This document shows, piece by piece, positions 25,071 to 38,851 of a DNA stretch of 64,000 bases. Made by a program: the position numbers and the translations under genes. The stretch comes from Octopus sinensis (lineage: Eukaryota): assembly GCF_006345805.1 (NCBI RefSeq), contig NC_042997.1, positions 118,606,001-118,670,000 on the forward strand, given 5' to 3'. Each line of letters begins with the position of its first letter. The first letter of the stretch is position 1. The notes below the pieces were generated by a model. That model saw only the letters and a program-made list of their open reading frames with translations. It was not told where the DNA came from and searched no databases.

Positions 25071-25956
25071 TATTTTGTCGTCCCATAAATAATAGGTTTT
25101 TTTTAATACTTATATTTTTAAAGATTAATATAAACAAAATTCCTTTTAAATCAAAAATATAATCCCCTTCATTCTCTACAATGCACTTCCATCTATCTGG
25201 TTGACTTGCAAAGCCCCTCTTCCGAAATTCCCTTGTCCATGACGAAAAATACACCATTACTCCTCTGACCTCGTCTACAGAATTCATATATTTTCCGTCC
25301 AAATGATTTTGAAGAATGCAGAATAAATAATAATGCGATGGTGCAATGTCCGGCGAATATTGTGGGTGGAGCATTGTTTCCGATTCAAACTGCTTCAGCC
25401 GTTGGAATGTCATCTTCGCTGTATGTAACCGAGCATTATCCTGATGGGAGAACACTATTCGTCTTGAAAGTAAAGATGGTCGTTTTTCTTATAGTGCTGA
25501 CATAAGCCGCTCAAGTTGCTCGCAGTCGATCTCTTTTGTTACGGTTTTGTTTAGGTTTAAAGGTTCAAAGTGGACTAAACCTTTCATATACCCACCTGGA
25601 TGACGCTCGTTTTCTAAGCTGTAGTTTCCAGCTGGGAATTTCTGGTACTACCGTTGACGCTGGCTTACACTTATTGTTTGATCCCCATATACTGCATTAA
25701 TATTCCTCGCACTTTCCGATGCGTTGTTGCCTTCATTGAACTCATTAGGCAAAATATGCCAAATATGCTCCTTTGTCACTTCCATTATAGCTTTGAAAAA
25801 ATAACTTAAAATTGAACTGCATCGTCCAAAATTTGCACTGAGAATAAGGACAACGTAAAATTACTGCCTACTTTTATAACAAATTGATACAGGTAGTTTA
25901 TCCTTTACCCCTCCATGCAATTGAAAAATCTGCATTATTTATGGGATGACCCAATA
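25071..25956 (-). mobile_element. Mariner (DD34D-type) element, internally deleted, with TIRs and flanking TA
   Basis: HQDNARLH...LHPQYSPDIAPSHYYLF...RWKCIVENEGDY; TIRs tattttgtcgtcccataaataat / attatttatgggatgacccaata. Confidence 0.88.
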
Positions 25957-26060
25957 TGTTTTTCATCCGTTTAGGATGTGCCGTTCACACTTCAGATGTT
26001 TGCAGTAGGGTGGATAATATCGCTGCTTAGTATAAGATGTACACCTTTTGTACAGCAAAA

Positions 26061-26760
26061 TACAGAGTGGAGCAGAAAAATTCACAAAATAATTGATTTT
26101 AGCAGCAAACAAATTTTATTGACATCAATGTGTTTGTATTGAATTAGCATTTGTCAAAATCAAATGTGGAAAACAACATCCCTCATGTGGTGTCCGTTTC
26201 CATTGATGCATTTCTGAAGGTGTTCTTGGACGTTAGCCTCTACTCTCTCCAGCATTGTTCTGTCGATTTGGGTGCCTTCCACGAAATTCTTTCAAATCGT
26301 CCAAGATACACACGTATCTTGAGGTTTCCCCACAAGCAACAATCACACATGGACAAATCAGGGTAATGAAGGGGCTAAAGAATGTCAGCAAACCTGGAAA
26401 TGAAGCGGTTACCAAAGAGATGGCGAAGCACTTTCATTGATGCTCTGACTGTGTGAGCCGCCTCACCATCCTTCTGAAACCACACACGTCGAATAAGCAT
26501 ACCGATGCCAAATTCAGCAGAATTCCCCCGTGCAGTACGATTCGGACTCCGAGTCAATTCTTGTCTGACGCGTTCCACATTTTCCGGGGTCCGTACCTTT
26601 CGTGGAGCCCCTACCCGGTCTCCTATTTATTAGTGTACCTCGTGAACGAAGTGCATTCACTAAACGTAAGATTGTGTTACGGGTGGGAACAGCTTAATTT
26701 CTGTGAATGTTGAAACTCACATTGAACTGCTGTGACAGACACGTTATTCTTCACGTAACT
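26061..26760 (-). mobile_element. Tc1/mariner-superfamily transposase remnant
   Basis: VWFQKDGEAAHTVRASMKVLRHLFGNRFISRFADIL*PLHYPDLSMCDCCLWGNLK; the left end is TA-cagagtg. Confidence 0.8.
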
Positions 26761-28623
26761 GTCATAGGCAAACACCCGATGTTCTATCGTCCATAGCGTC
26801 ATGGCTTCACCTGAGAGAGAAATAAATGGTACTTGTAGGACATGTGTCCCTCCCCCAGGGGCTGAGTAATAGCCATTTCAAGAACGTCCGTCCTCTCTGT
26901 CTCACTCTGTACTACATGTACCACTGAGTATCTGTCTCCCTGTCTCTGTTTCTCTCGCAACCTTCTAAATGCCGAGCTAGCCCAGTTCACTCTGCGATAT
27001 AATTTATCTCTGAGATTATAATCACAGATTGTTGTACCTCACAGATGATTAGAGTAACATGTGCCTTCTAGTTTCTGTGCTTCATTAACGATGGATGCAG
27101 GTCCTGGCATTTCGCATGCCTTTCGACTTGGTTGAAAGAGACAGACAGGTGACCAAGGAAATATCTTGCGCAAGAACAAAACGCATCACCAGAGCCGGGG
27201 ATCAAAACAACAATGTTGTGCACCTGAGTGCAACACTCCCACCAACACTTACCATGACAGAACCTATCGTAATTATCCTTGAGTTGTAGAGTGCATCTGT
27301 CACCTGGTTTAATGATACTCTTTGGTTTATAACTGCCTATACTGGTACTCATTCTTTTGAAAATATTCAGATGAGATTGCAAACCGGGAATTACTAATCT
27401 TCCTCAGTTCAGGTTCAGCGACCAAGAAAAGATCACGAACGCTGCTTCTTCTTTTCTGAATAAGCCATAATAATAGATAAAAGTAAAAACATGCTGGCAT
27501 AGATGCATTTAAATGCAATTACAATTATTAGAATATTTAAACGTATGAGGAAGAAGAGACAGCGGAAACGGAGCAGGGGGGAAAAGTGTGAACGGAGGGG
27601 AAGAGAAAGAGAACTGGAATTCCTTTTTAACATTTCGAGAACTCCCAACTCATCTATCGATTAATCAATATTTGATATAGTTGCATAGTTATATCACATT
27701 TTTGTTGAATATGCGTTGTTTTTATATTTAAATTATTTAAAATGTATAATTCCAAAATACATTGAAGTAAATTATGCTAACTCCCAAATGACTAATTAAA
27801 ATAATTATATTCTTTATAACGAGTTCAAATGGTTTCAGGTTGCATGTCATTCTTTCAAAGTAAATGTAATTTTGTTTCACTCGCTTCCACAGTTCAAGAC
27901 TTTTTTTATCTCTTGTTTCTGTTTAATTAAGGAGTTGGATATAAATTAGAGATGCATAAATTTGCTTGGGGAAGTAACAAGTGTAGCTGTTTGCTTCTCA
28001 AACATGTTATAAGACCAGGCCAACCACAGATTTGTTAGTGGGTTTGATAGATGGAAACTGTAAGAAAGCTCGTTTGCGTTTCAGTTGTAATCAAAACAAT
28101 TTTACATCAGTCTGATGGGTTATCCAGTATTTTCGTATTGTTAAAAATTTCTTCGTCGTAAACAAGATTACCTTTGATAGTGACGACGAAGTTTCGGGCA
28201 TTCGCGCAGCAAAGAAACTTCGAAGGCGCTGTCAATAATAATCTTGTTTGACAATTATTGCTCGAAATGAGGATTAGATACACAACCGACAATTGATGAA
28301 CGGTTGTTCGTTCTCTGGGTTACTTGTCCTGTTTTCCATTTTTCTCACATTATTTGTTTTCGTACTTCATGTTGTTCTCACAGTTGGTGACGTGCTGTAG
28401 CCCACTTAGATCCATTCTAACTATATTTTCTACTTTCCTGGGACTCCCTATATTTTTATGGTCTTTATTTTTTATGTTTATATCCTTATATTTCTATATT
28501 TTTATCATCTATGTCTTGAAACATACATTTGGTTATTTGAACGGAATAATATCTCTTGGCATACATCAAAATTATGAATCTGCTTCTCTGAATGTTTAAG
28601 ACAAATATCTGAAATTTTTATCT

Positions 28624-28631
28624 TATACTAA

Positions 28632-28709
<78 letters not shown>

Positions 28710-28710
28710 T

Positions 28711-28745
<35 letters not shown>

Positions 28746-28746
28746 A

Positions 28747-28805
<59 letters not shown>

Positions 28806-28810
28806 TAGGT
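28624..28810. repeat. (TATC)n followed by (TA)n microsatellite
   Basis: Directly visible. Confidence 0.95.
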
Positions 28811-29159
28811 GTATGTATATGCATATATATATATATATTATACATATACATTCATCCATACACAATCAACACACACTCACGTCAACCATAAATTCTGGAG
28901 GTGTGAGAGAAGAATATAGATTTAGCTATTTTATTTTAATAAAATTCCTACCGCTTCCTAACGCTCTTCATGTTAACTTCGGTATGTTGTTGTTTATATT
29001 AATATGTATGTATGACCTTATACAATACAATTATATATTCATGAATTAATGCAAATAAAGAACACTAGATGACCAGACAACCAGAACATCATGATTACAT
29101 CAACGATTCATAAGTTTACGTTGTACTATTTTGTAATTGGCTACTGCGAGGACTGTTAT

Positions 29160-29690
29160 TTGGATGCTGAAATCTCACAGAAAATAATGGCAAGATGGCA
29201 GGCATATAATTCGATAAAAGATGTTCTCTAAACAAACTAGACTATGTCATAGGTGCCAGACTCTTCAATAGCACCGTCGTACCTGCGCACTTATATATGC
29301 AAGTGAGACGTGGCTACTACAAAGAGAGCCATGGAAAGAATCATGCTAGGATTTTGACTAAGCGAGCACATTCGAAACAAGAAAATTCGAGAACGGATAA
29401 GAGTGAACCATGTACTCGCAGACAACCGAATGCACAAGATTTTCTGAGCCGGACATGTCGCTAGGTTCACATATAACAAGTGGTCCCATGAAGTTGGCGA
29501 GTGGTATCCAAGACATCGAAGAAGGCTTGGTAGGTTTCCGCTACGATGGGCAGACGATTTGGTCAAGCAATTTGGATGCAGAATGGTGCGATTGTATCCA
29601 GAATAATGCAATCAATTGAAAGCGCATAGTGACCGGAGACCAGCGTTGAAACAAACTGCATCTGATGACCTGGCCGATATTGTGAGATAC
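29160..29690 (+). mobile_element. RTE-type LINE 3' fragment
   Basis: ARLFNSTVVP..YASETW..TKRAMERIMLG..EHIRNKKIRER...*AGHVARFTYNKWSHEVGEWYPR...GRFPLRWADDL. Confidence 0.8.
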
Positions 29691-30413
29691 ATATATACAT
29701 ACATACAAACATACACACACGCACATATGCATAATGAATACATACGTGTATATATATGTGTGCGCTTTCACGTTTCTGTATGTGTGGGTGTGTGCGTGAG
29801 CGTATGTTTGTGTATTTGTGTATTTACATATATTTATATGTCGAATAGTTCCGTGTGTCCTTGAATCTTGGTTTGCTTCTGGTAAGTTGCCCTCCCAGGC
29901 TTTACCTAAACAACGTAGTTTACGAAAGAGCTATATCGACAGACGTTGAACTTATGTTGTCTTTAGAAAACACGAATTGAACTGAACCGAGGAAGTTTTC
30001 GTCAGACGTCTCAAAATTCAGATCTTAATTGATCATGAAAGGACAAGAGAGAGGAGAAAGGACGAGTGAGAGAGAGAGAGAATGGGGGTGGCCTCTGAGA
30101 GAAAAGCAGGACAAATACAATAATCCTTTATATCCGGCATTCTAACGAGTTTGTCCCTCTGAAGTCTTACATATTTATCTTTTAGAACAATTGGGAATAT
30201 TCGCATATATATTCAACACGGTAGAAAAGTACAAATCGAAACAGATTGTACTTATACATACATACATACATACATACATACATTACATACATACATACAT
30301 ACATAATACACAATGCACTTAATGTATGTATGTATGTTGTATGATGTATGTATGTATGTATGTAGGTATGTATGCATGTATGTATTTATATTAGGTATAT
30401 ATATTATATATAG

Positions 30414-30445
<32 letters not shown>

Positions 30446-30533
30446 TATAGGGATAACAAATAAGTGCCGTGCCGCGTTACATAAATAATATTTTCAGGAT
30501 TAATTGACAACAGAAGCATAAATATGACATACC

Positions 30534-30565
<32 letters not shown>

Positions 30566-31079
30566 ATATAATAATATATATATTATATATATATATATAT
30601 ATATAATTAAAAAAAGAACATGTAATAAATAAGCAAACGAACATATTACTAAACCCACAGGTTACCAACCTCTCATCAGTTATCGGTCAGAGGGTCATAC
30701 GCAATTTCGGACATTATCGATAGAAACTGTTCTATGGATTATAGACACAATAAGGGTAGAGCGAGGGCACAGAAATCGTGACCAGTCCGGTTGGAGGCAA
30801 AGCGAAAAAAAGAATGACACCGCCTTACGTCGTCACGGGTCACGTGATAGTGGGAGGAGGGTAACAGAGAAAGACAGAGGGAGAGAGAGACAGAGAGAGA
30901 AAGAAAGAACATTAAGAGAAGCAAAGTAAAGGAAAGAGAGAGAGTAGCACAAGAATATTCCAAGAATATTTCTACAAATGGCTAAAGAATTAAGATGTGT
31001 GTGGGTTACTAATAAATAATATTGTCAGGGTCAAATGAAAAGGAGGCAACAAACGGAAAATATTACATACCTGTGTATA

Positions 31080-31133
<54 letters not shown>

Positions 31134-31279
31134 CACAAATATGTGTAGTAAATAAACAAACGAACGTTTACTAAATATACAGGCAAACAGAAAACACAGA
31201 AGGTCATCAACTCCTAATCAGTTATCGGGCATAGGGTCATACGCAATTTCGGCCATTATCGATTATATTGTTTCGACTC

Positions 31280-31339
<60 letters not shown>

Positions 31340-31342
31340 TTA

Positions 31343-31378
<36 letters not shown>

Positions 31379-32129
31379 TATGTATATGCATATATATATA
31401 TACATATACATATACATACATACATATATACATAGATACATAATATATATATATAATATATATATATATATATGTACATACACATATGTGTATACCTCTG
31501 ACGTTATATATACTTGTGTACACACATAAATTTACACAGACGCAGACACACACACACACATATATATATATGTATGTATGCTTACTTTTTAACAGCGCTC
31601 TTATATATTTCAATGTAACAGTAATCTAATATTAATAGACCTCTACTATTATCTCAGATGTAGTCTTTGGCAAGTTACATATACCTACCGTTCCTCGTCT
31701 CCAACCTTTTACAAACCGCTCACACGAAGAAAAGATAATATTAAATATTGCTATTTACGAAATAAGTAATGAGAGTGATTTAAATAAACACCAAAAAAAA
31801 ATTACATCAGAGGGTGAGAAAAAGAATAAAGATTAATTGAATCTGGCAGTTAGTAAATACCCACACGTCTGGAGTTCAAAGAGCAACAATACAGACTCAG
31901 AGGTCGAAACTACTAGAAAATGTTAATAACTATATTTTCTTGTAATTCAAGACACCATTGACCAGTATACAGAATTACTTTATATATTAAACTGATAGGA
32001 TAAAATTTCAAAGCAATGAAGAAACAAACAAACAATAGAAAGTGAAAGGAATCAAAGTAGAAAGAAAACATTGGAGGTTTATAATACACCCGAGTAAAAG
32101 CGTTTGCAACAGATTTTGGGGAACTGTAT

Positions 32130-32600
32130 CAACGATCAGCTCAGAGAAGGCACTCGGGCACGAGAATTTGAACTCAGAACGTAACGGCAGACGAAATACC
32201 TATTTCACAAGGGGCTAAACAAACAGGGACGAACAAGGACATATACACACGGATTAAGTCGATTATATCGACCTCAGTGCGTAACTGGTACCTATTTCAT
32301 CGAACCCGAAGGATGAAAGGCAAAGTCGACCTCGGCAGAATTTGAACTCAGAACGTAACGGCAAACGAAATACCTGTTCCTTTATTACCCACAAGGGGCT
32401 AAACATAGAGTGGACAAACAAGGACAGACAAACGGATTAAATCGATTATATCGACCCCAGTGCGTAACTGGTATTTAATTTACCGACCCCGAAAGGATGA
32501 AAGGCAAAGTTGACCTCGGCGGAATTTGAACTCAGAACGTAGCAGCAGACTAACTACTGCTAAGCATTTCGCCCGGCGTGCTAACTTTTCTGCCAGCTCG
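32130..32600 (-). mobile_element. SINE family A multimer (one head plus repeated core-tail units)
   Basis: Three successive gaatttgaactcagaacgt..ggca.acgaaatacct blocks, ending in a head ctaagcatttcgcccggcgtgctaac..tctgccagctcgc. Confidence 0.85.
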
Positions 32601-33274
32601 CAGCCTTGAAGCAAGCTTCTTAATAAACAGACACGCCTGCGCTTCCACACAGCCGAGCTTGCAGCTGCACACAGCCATTGGTCTGTATACTCTACTTTTA
32701 GTATTCATACGACATGTGACCTTAAAAATCAATGTAAACACTATGAGAATAAAAGGTCATAAATTTAAATGGGGAGAAGTGATTTCAGGTGAATGGATTA
32801 CTGTAATTCTTTCTTACTGCATTCACAACAAGGGGCATAAACTAAATTAAATATGTTCAGCGTTATTTTGATTTTAACTCCTTGTTAAAAATTTTGGGAG
32901 CATTAGGTACATATAATTGATCGAAGAAAGCCAAGTACAAGGTTCCATCGATATTAAAACGATGAAAGATGAAGATGGCTCTTTTCTAATTTTGATTTCA
33001 GATTATAAGACTCGTGATTAAATAGCTTAGGGTATAATTTATTTTCACACAGCTGATTAAACTTCTCTACCACACTAATAGAAATATTGATTGGAGCGAT
33101 GCATTTTGGGGACGATTTAGTTAACTGCACTAGGAATTATTTTACCGATTCCGGAGGGTAGTAAAGCAATATCGATTTATGTGTGACTGGAAAAATATAA
33201 ATCTACATTAAATGTTTGACTGTCATACTCGTTACTTAGAATTTAAACATATATTCCAGGGTACATATACAAAT

Positions 33275-33530
33275 GGAGGCACATGGCCTAGTGGTTAGAG
33301 CAGCGGACTCGCAGTCGAGGGATCGCAGGTTCGAATCAGACCGGGCGATGTGTGTTTATGAGCGAAACAGCTAAGCTCCACGCGCTTCGGCAGACGGTAA
33401 TGGCGAACATTCTGCTGACTCTTTCGCCACAACATTCTCTCACTCTTTCCTCCTGCATCTTGCTGCTCACCTGCGACAGACCAGCGTTCCGTCTAGGTGG
33501 GGAACCTATACGTCAAGAAAAGTTATGAGC
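33275..33530 (+). mobile_element. tRNA-derived SINE family B
   Basis: ggaggcacatggcctagtggttagagcagcggactcgc...ggttcgaatc. Confidence 0.85.
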
Positions 33531-33840
33531 AAAAAAAACAAAAAAACATATACAACTGCAGACGCACACATATACACACAAAAATTGTACAGACTGCAAA
33601 GGATTCTGATAACGTACGGGTAAGGCCACATTACTAATTACGACATTCCACTAGCATCATGTTGATTCGAGCTGGATCCCATTTCGTGTCACGTTAGGTT
33701 TCAACCTTACGCTTGGGCTAGTCCAGTCACGTGAGAGGAATTATACAATGGGAAACTATTTGGAAGCCTGTAATTCAGAAGTGGGGAGATTTCACACGCT
33801 TTCTCATGCGAATGCTATTGGGTTATTACATTATAGTGTG

Positions 33841-34150
33841 AGGGCGCGTGGCTTAGTGGTTAGGGCATTCGGCTCATGATCGTAAGGTGTGAGTTCGATT
33901 CCGGCGACGCGTTGTGTCCTTGAGCAAGACACTTTATTTCACGTTGCTCAGTCCACTCAGCTGGCAAAAATGAGTTGTACTTGTATTTCAAAGGGTCGGC
34001 CTTGTCACTCTCTGTGTCACGCTGATTATCCCCGAGACTACGTTAGGGTACGTGTCTGTGGAATGCTCAGCCATTTGCACGTTAATTTCACGAGCAAGCT
34101 GTTCCGTTGATCGTATCAGCTGGGACCCTCGTCGTCGTAACTGGCGGAGT
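33841..34150 (+). mobile_element. tRNA-derived SINE family C
   Basis: A box tggcttagtggttag, B-box-like gagttcgattcc, then ccttgagcaagacactttatttcacgttgct; its 3' part recurs at 39560-39750, 41410-41530 and 41845-42135. Confidence 0.8.
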
Positions 34151-34673
34151 CTTTAATTACATTATAAGTGTAATAACTCGGCGGATTAGAAACTGATTCA
34201 TTGAATAAGGATTCAGTTGATAGATTAAATTGAAAACACAATGTTGAAAATAGAAGAGACGTCAGTTAATGTGTTATTACAAATACCATGGGTTATATAC
34301 GCATGTACAAATACTCGCTAAAACACTCAACAACACACACAAACGCGCACACACGCGGACACATACACACTCAGATACACACCCATAAATACACGTCGAG
34401 GGGCACGTGCTACATTGATGCAAACATGAGATCAGTAACAGATTTACAAAAAGAAAAAATTGACGTATAAAAACACATATGCAAATAGGTTTTATGTGCG
34501 AGAATACACATAGGCACATACACACACACACACACGCACACACGTACACACATACACACATATAAAACGCTGGTAGAATTACAAAAGAAAATATATGTAT
34601 TCATACAATTGCGCGCGCACGCATGTGTGTATGTATGCCCACGCAAGCGTGTTTGCGTGGGTGTACACACACT

Positions 34674-34711
<38 letters not shown>

Positions 34712-34844
34712 CATATACATACATACATATATATAATATATATATATATATACACATACACCACACAAATATATATATATATATGTGTGTATATATATAT
34801 ATATTATAATATATATATATATATATATAATATATATGCATTGT

Positions 34845-34904
<60 letters not shown>

Positions 34905-35380
34905 AGGATGGTGGGGTATTAGATTATAGAGGATATCCAAAACTTCTAAGATAATTGTGTGTGATGTAAAAGTTATGTGTTTTAGATAGGGCAAACAACC
35001 ATGACCAGATGTTGTTAGAATATTTACATAGTATGTTGTCCGAAAGATTTAATGTACCACCTCTTAAAGTCTCCCCACACCCGCCATCTTTCCACCTTCC
35101 CACGCCTCCCACTCTCTTCTTACATATATGTGTGTGTGTATATGTATATATAATATATATATATATATGTGTGTTGTGTGTGCGTATATAGATATATATA
35201 TATGCATATATATATATTATATATATATGTATATCTCTCTCTATATATATATGTGTGTATATATATATGTTTGTGTGTGTGTGTGTGTGAATTTAATGAT
35301 ATTGACAAAACGAATCTTACGATCTTATCGATCTTGTCAAAATAATGTGGGACAGGGTTAAATATAAGTGCGTGCATGTG

Positions 35381-35428
<48 letters not shown>

Positions 35429-35809
35429 TACGTGTGTATGTGTGTTTGTGTGTGTGTGTGTGCATGTGTGTGTGTAGGTGTGTGTATTATCGGAGGGACT
35501 AAATATTGAACACATAGCAAGCGTGCAGAAGTGTTTGAAATGTAGATTAGGATTTCTCGTCTGCCCCTTTCAAATACGGTGTTTTGTATTCATATATATA
35601 TATACATATATATATTATACCAATTAAGGCTGAACACGAAAAGTGGACAGTCAACATGCTAGATATAGACGTCAAATCGCCATTCACCACAAAAGATTAT
35701 GTTCTCAGATCAAACTCAACATTTTATATATATATATATATATTATATATATAATATATATATATATATATAATGTATAGTATATACATGAGTGCAAAAC
35801 AAGTAGGAA

Positions 35810-36010
35810 ATTATACTCCTCGTATAATTTCTACAAAGGTAGAATAATTATACGTTTTATTAATACTGCAAAATTAACAAAAAAACTTTTTCTTAGAGTT
35901 TCGCGTTCCGATAGTTGTATGATGACAACTAGATTCAAGACAACTCTCTGACGAACGGGTACGTGAAACCTCAGTAACAATTCTGTGCTACTTTTGCGGC
36001 TTTAATAAAA
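35810..36010. repeat. Diverged member of the HHR foldback family seen at 49038 and 49420
   Basis: CTGACGA acgggtacgt GAAAC ctca GTA at 35948-35976; the opposite arm is agagtttcgcgttccg; the flank ggtagaataatt matches the 49200/49550 flanks. Confidence 0.65.
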
Positions 36011-36932
36011 GGTATATATACATACATATATATATATAATATATAAATATATATTATATATATATTATATATATATATATTATATATTATATATATATAT
36101 ATAAATATATATATATGTATATGTAATATATATATATATATATATAATATATAATATATATATATATATATTATATATATATATATATAATATATATATT
36201 TATATATATCAGAATAACAGAATAAATTGATACTCTTATAATCATTAAAATTTCTTTCAAACTGAAATTATACATTTTATTTATTTATTATTGTAATACC
36301 TATTATATACATTATATTATTCTTGTAATTTACTAATCTATACTTTTTAAATGTTATTTTAAGTTTAACTTTTCTATTGTATGTAATTTTGTAGATGGTG
36401 TAATTTAATTATTCATTTTGAATTGATAAAAGATGGTTTTATATATATATATATATAAAATATTATTAAAAAACCCACCTCTTTCTTCTGTATGTCTGCT
36501 TGCTTAGCCAGTGGGGTGGCATCATTTAAAGGCTAAAACAATGCGAAGCGCATTGTGACCAGCGATGTGTAGCAACATCTGGTCGGTCACGTGATCACGT
36601 GATATGTAAATATAAGGACATATATATATATATATATGTATATATATACATATATATACATATATATATTTGTGTATATATATACACAATAAAAATAAAG
36701 GGCAAAATTAAATAATTAATTAGTAATTAATAATTATACCAAGCAGTGTTCAGTATGTAAAAGGACCATATACGGTAAATTTAAACATTACTTTATATAC
36801 TTAGGTTTCAGTAAAAAAATTTGCTTTACCACATACCGAACGTTTAGAAATAGCAGCCCCAAAATTTAGCTATTTCTTCTACTGTAAGAAGAGTGCTCCA
36901 GACAATGTATACTCTAATTATATAAAGTAATG

Positions 36933-36959
<27 letters not shown>

Positions 36960-36963
<4 letters not shown>

Positions 36964-38010
36964 GTTAATAAAATAGAACATATGCATATATATAAACATA
37001 TATGTACGTACCTACCTCTACATGTACAGATACACGCATATATGTGTACAGGACACCAAAAAGACGTCGAACACATAGAGAGACGAAACACATAGACACA
37101 AACCAAGGAACAAGACAAGCATAAAAAAGGAGAGATACAGGACAATAACACAACGAAAAATCCCTTTCTTCAGTCGCTAAGATTTCATCTACTAAACGTT
37201 TCGAAGGATAAAAGCGAGACGTATACTTCGAAGAAAAATTCCTTCCCGCGAAAAGCATCAATTAAAATTCTGAGATCTTTTCGCAGGGGTAAAAAAAAAG
37301 CAAGACGGTAACGACAGTACAAACATATAACAGTAAAATATATATATTAAACAGTGGAAAAATAAATATATAACAGTGAGAGACAGGACAAGGAGAACAA
37401 GATAAGAAGGACTGTTAACGCCAGACGAAAAAAGTATTGCAAACGCTGGATTATCGTGGAAGACGAGAGAGGGAAAATTTGTCGACCAGAAGCCTTACAA
37501 GGCGGGCGAGAAAGGACAGGATAGCAGTTACGACGGAAGTATCGTCGCAGATGGATGACGGGAATGGGGGAGGAGGAGCAAGAGGAAGAGAGAGAAGAAG
37601 GGAATGGTGCGAGGAGATCATGAAGAATGTGAAAGGGAGAGAGAGAATGAAGAATGAGAGAGAGAGGAAGAGACAAGTTAAGTGAGGGAAAAAAGACGAA
37701 AAAGGGAATGGGAGAGAAAGAAAGAAAGATGCAGAGTCGCGTGAGAGTTAATATCAAGGCTAACTTGATAAACAGAACAATCTTACTTAATAGGGTGCGT
37801 GCGTTTAGTCGTATAATATGTTAATAAAATAGAACATATGCATATATATAAACCTATATGTACGTACTACCTCTACATGTACATATACACGCATATATGT
37901 GTACAGGACACCAAAAAGACGTCGAACACATAGAGAGACGAAAAACACATAGACACAAACAAGGAACAAGACAAGCAAAAAAAAGGAGAGATACAGGACA
38001 ATAAGCACAA
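36960..38010. repeat. Diverged direct repeat of about 200 bp (36960-37160 and 37815-38010)
   Basis: ttaataaaatagaacatatgcatatatataaac...ggacaccaaaaagacgtcgaacacatagagagacg...ggagagatacaggacaata occurs twice. Confidence 0.85.
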
Positions 38011-38391
38011 CGTATAGCAAATGAAAGACAAAAGATGGAATATAAGAGAATTTATTATTAATCACGACAATTGTTTCGACATATCTAGCGGTGTCTCCTC
38101 TTGGGTAGAACACCCAACAACTAGTTCAGGAGCATCCGGTGGTGCAGATGTATCTCGTCGGGCGTTAAATATATACAACTCGTTAAAATGACTGTTCCGC
38201 AATGTAACTTTCCTTTTTGTAGAGAGAAAAGCAGCTAGATCTTTATATAGAAGATCAAAAATAAAATCACAGATGGCAAAAAGAGAAACGAACACGCACT
38301 AGAGAGAGAAAAGCATAAATGCCCTGGCACAAGTTGCATATGTATGCTTGTATGTATGTATGTATTTATGTACGTATGTATGTATGTGTGG

Positions 38392-38424
<33 letters not shown>

Positions 38425-38630
38425 TGTATGTATGTATGTATGTATGTATGTATGTGTATGTGTGTGTGTCTGTGTGTGTATGTCTGTGTGTTTGCGCTTA
38501 CTTTTATACGTCCGCGAATATATATTTATGTATGAAAACAACGAGTTGCATTTGGACATGTGTATGTCTGTGTGTTTGTGTTAATATAAGCTTAATATAT
38601 GCTGAAAAACTATATGTGTATACTATTTAC

Positions 38631-38851
38631 TGTGGCGGCGAGCTGGCAGAAACGTTAGCACGCCGGGCGGAATGCGTAGCCGTATTTCGTCTGAGTTCAA
38701 ATTCCGCCGAGGTCGACTTGGCCTTTCATCCTTTCGGGGTCGATAAATTAAGTACCAGTTACGCACTGGGGTCGATGTAAACGACTTAATCCATTTGTTT
38801 GTCCTTGTTTGTCCTCTCTGTGTTTAGCCCCTTGTGGGTAGTAAAGAAATA
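38631..38851 (+). mobile_element. tRNA-derived SINE family A
   Basis: gtggcggcgagctggcagaaacgttagcacgccgggcg...agttcaaattccgccgagg...gtttagccccttgtgggtagtaaagaaata. Confidence 0.88.

Noticed and set aside
27190-27290. CCAPEC...YP resembling a THAP domain start
   Set aside because: No downstream W or C..HF in frame; flanking stops.
30655-30730. Minus-strand GAAAT tgc GTA ... CTGATGA as a type II hammerhead (second copy at about 31200-31270)
   Set aside because: Stems I and II do not pair in that topology.
36805-36850. GAAAC ctaa GTA (minus), and GAAAC gttta GTA near 37190-37205
   Set aside because: No CUGANGA half is found upstream; half-motifs only.
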